Shown here one piece after another: positions 36,202 to 37,568 of a DNA stretch of 37,568 nt. The stretch is from contig JAQGGV010000003.1 of the NCBI GenBank assembly GCA_028289185.1, forward strand, positions 1-37,568, written 5' to 3'. A program made the position numbers and the translations under genes. Within the stretch, counting starts at the first letter, position 1; every line of letters starts with the position of its first letter. The notes under the pieces were generated by a model. That model saw nothing but the letters and a program-made list of their open reading frames with translations. It ran no database searches and was not told the origin of the DNA. This DNA comes from Candidatus Saccharimonadota bacterium. GTDB taxonomy: Bacteria; Patescibacteriota; Saccharimonadia; Saccharimonadales; Saccharimonadaceae.

Positions 36202-36597
36202 ATGAAGATTGATAAAACCGAGAGCGAGTGGGAAGACGAACTAACGCCCGAGCAATACCATGTGCTGCGCGAAAAGGGTACAGAGCCGGCGTTTACGGGC
36301 GAATATGATAGTTTTTATGAACCAGGATCGTACAGCTGCGGTGCCTGCGGAACAAAATTATTCAATAGTGATACAAAATTCAACTCACATTCCGGGTGGC
36401 CGAGTTTTTATGATGCCATTCCTGGTACCGTCGTCCTTACGTCAGACGATAGCGGCGGCATGGTCCGCACGGAAGTGACTTGTGCGACTTGCGGTAGTCA
36501 CCTCGGTCATGTTTTTGAAGGCGAAGGCCTCGGTAACCCAACCGACCAGCGCTACTGTATTAACTCGTTGAGTCTCAAATTTGACCCGAGCAAATAA
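36202..36597 (+). CDS. msrB: Peptide-methionine (R)-S-oxide reductase
   Basis: GTEPAFTG, two CxxC motifs, GWPSF, HLGHVF and RYCINS. Confidence 0.97.
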   Translation: MKIDKTESEWEDELTPEQYHVLREKGTEPAFTGEYDSFYEPGSYSCGACGTKLFNSDTKFNSHSGWPSFYDAIPGTVVLTSDDSGGMVRTEVTCATCGSHLGHVFEGEGLGNPTDQRYCINSLSLKFDPSK

Positions 36598-36598
36598 A

Positions 36599-37438
36599 TT
36601 ATTTTTTCTTTGCTGATTCAGGCACCATAGTCACAAGGTGCTTCTTTGGCAATTCGCTATATCCGGGTTCGGCCCGCACCTTGCGATCGAGCAGGTCAAA
36701 AATCTCACGAAATGATGCAGCAATTTGCGGTGACTCTATAATCATTCCCACAAGTTCGTTACCGAGCGATACGATGGATAGTTTATTGCCGTAGACAGTC
36801 CACTCGACCGGTTCGTTGAGGTCATTTTCGTGCAGCCATGTCCGGGTTGTTTGCATGATTTCATCTGACTCATTAACTGGCATTGTCGGTTCTCCCGCGG
36901 GGATGAGCGGGTCGTTGTCAGGAAAGAGCATGCGACGATTGATATGGCGCTTTGGGAACTCGTTTCTGAGTTGATGTGTGCCATGCGGACCCAGCATATC
37001 TTCTAGTTTTGTAGAAGGAATAAGCGATAGAGGCTGTCCGGTTTTTAGTTGATCCTCGTATACCTTTTTAACGCCATCGACGCCGTTAAAATAACGGATA
37101 GAGGGTTGTTCAGAATGTTTGAAATATTCGTCGATCATAGGAGGCAATGAATCTTGGAAGCGCTTTTCGGCTGCTTCGACTTCTGAGCGCTGCTTTTTGA
37201 GGTTCTCTAACAGGTTTGAGGGATTGTTTGCCCAATAGCGCAGCTTTTTTTGTGTCTCGTCGCGTGATACCAAGCCTTTTTCCTCTAGTGTATCGAGGAG
37301 CTTATAGGTATTCGTTCGACTCTCGCCTGCCATATCTGCGAGCTTGGGAGGAGGGCAGGGGCTGTTTTTTACCAAAATCGCGTAAATTGCAGCTTCGGCT
37401 TTTGTGAGACCGGCTTCTTGCAGGATTTCTTCGTTCAT
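36599..37438 (-). CDS. TrmB-family transcriptional regulator
   Basis: GLTKAEAAIY...SRTNTYKLLDTLEEKGLV wHTH and C-terminal VYGNKLSI...IIES domain; start ATG 37438, 7 nt after TATACT. Confidence 0.88.
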   Translation of the reverse strand: MNEEILQEAGLTKAEAAIYAILVKNSPCPPPKLADMAGESRTNTYKLLDTLEEKGLVSRDETQKKLRYWANNPSNLLENLKKQRSEVEAAEKRFQDSLPPMIDEYFKHSEQPSIRYFNGVDGVKKVYEDQLKTGQPLSLIPSTKLEDMLGPHGTHQLRNEFPKRHINRRMLFPDNDPLIPAGEPTMPVNESDEIMQTTRTWLHENDLNEPVEWTVYGNKLSIVSLGNELVGMIIESPQIAASFREIFDLLDRKVRAEPGYSELPKKHLVTMVPESAKKK

Positions 37439-37535
37439 ATCTGAAAGTATAACATATTTATTTGATTTTGTGAAGTATAAATTCACAAAATAGTTAATAA
37501 CAGATGTAGCATTTGTATAAAATAAGAAATATGTA

Positions 37536-37564
37536 TTGACAAAATATGATAAATACACTATAAT
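37536..37564 (+). promoter_or_regulatory. Consensus sigma70 promoter for a gene beyond the window
   Basis: TTGACA-17 nt-TATAAT. Confidence 0.8.
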
Positions 37565-37568
37565 AACT

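Overview
Compact bacterial chromosome segment (genetic code 11; TGA is used as stop). Gene content and style point to Patescibacteria/CPR, most likely Saccharibacteria (inference): two FemABX enzymes, MurE, bifunctional PGI/PMI, a DUF11-LPxTG surface protein, an AAA_14/DUF4143 ATPase, TMEM175, TrmB-like and wHTH-NUDIX regulators, and mostly leaderless genes. Housekeeping genes are valS (partial), tsaD, tsaC/sua5, murE, groES/groEL with CIRCE, a MacAB-like ABC pair, tRNA-Ser(GGA), nrdA/nrdB, a CYTH protein, zwf, pyrG, argS, mscL and msrB. No CRISPR, rRNA, integrase or transposase was seen. Three observations stand out. (1) The class I ribonucleotide reductase alpha subunit lacks the C-terminal redox cysteine pair, while an unannotated 57-aa gene between nrdA and nrdB ends in CEGCQ, suggesting the tail is supplied in trans; the beta subunit is class Ic-like. 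(2) An ~82-nt three-hairpin element occurs three times with exact spacing conservation and covariation (hairpin-CTTTAGGGG-N5-33-nt hairpin-GGAAGGG-N4-CCCTTCC). (3) A leaderless Val/Leu/Ile-rich leader peptide with attenuator geometry precedes a PadR-like gene. There are also a structured RNA upstream of tRNA-Ser, a palindromic in-frame insertion in tsaD, and orphan genes with 5'-3' long-range complementarity.
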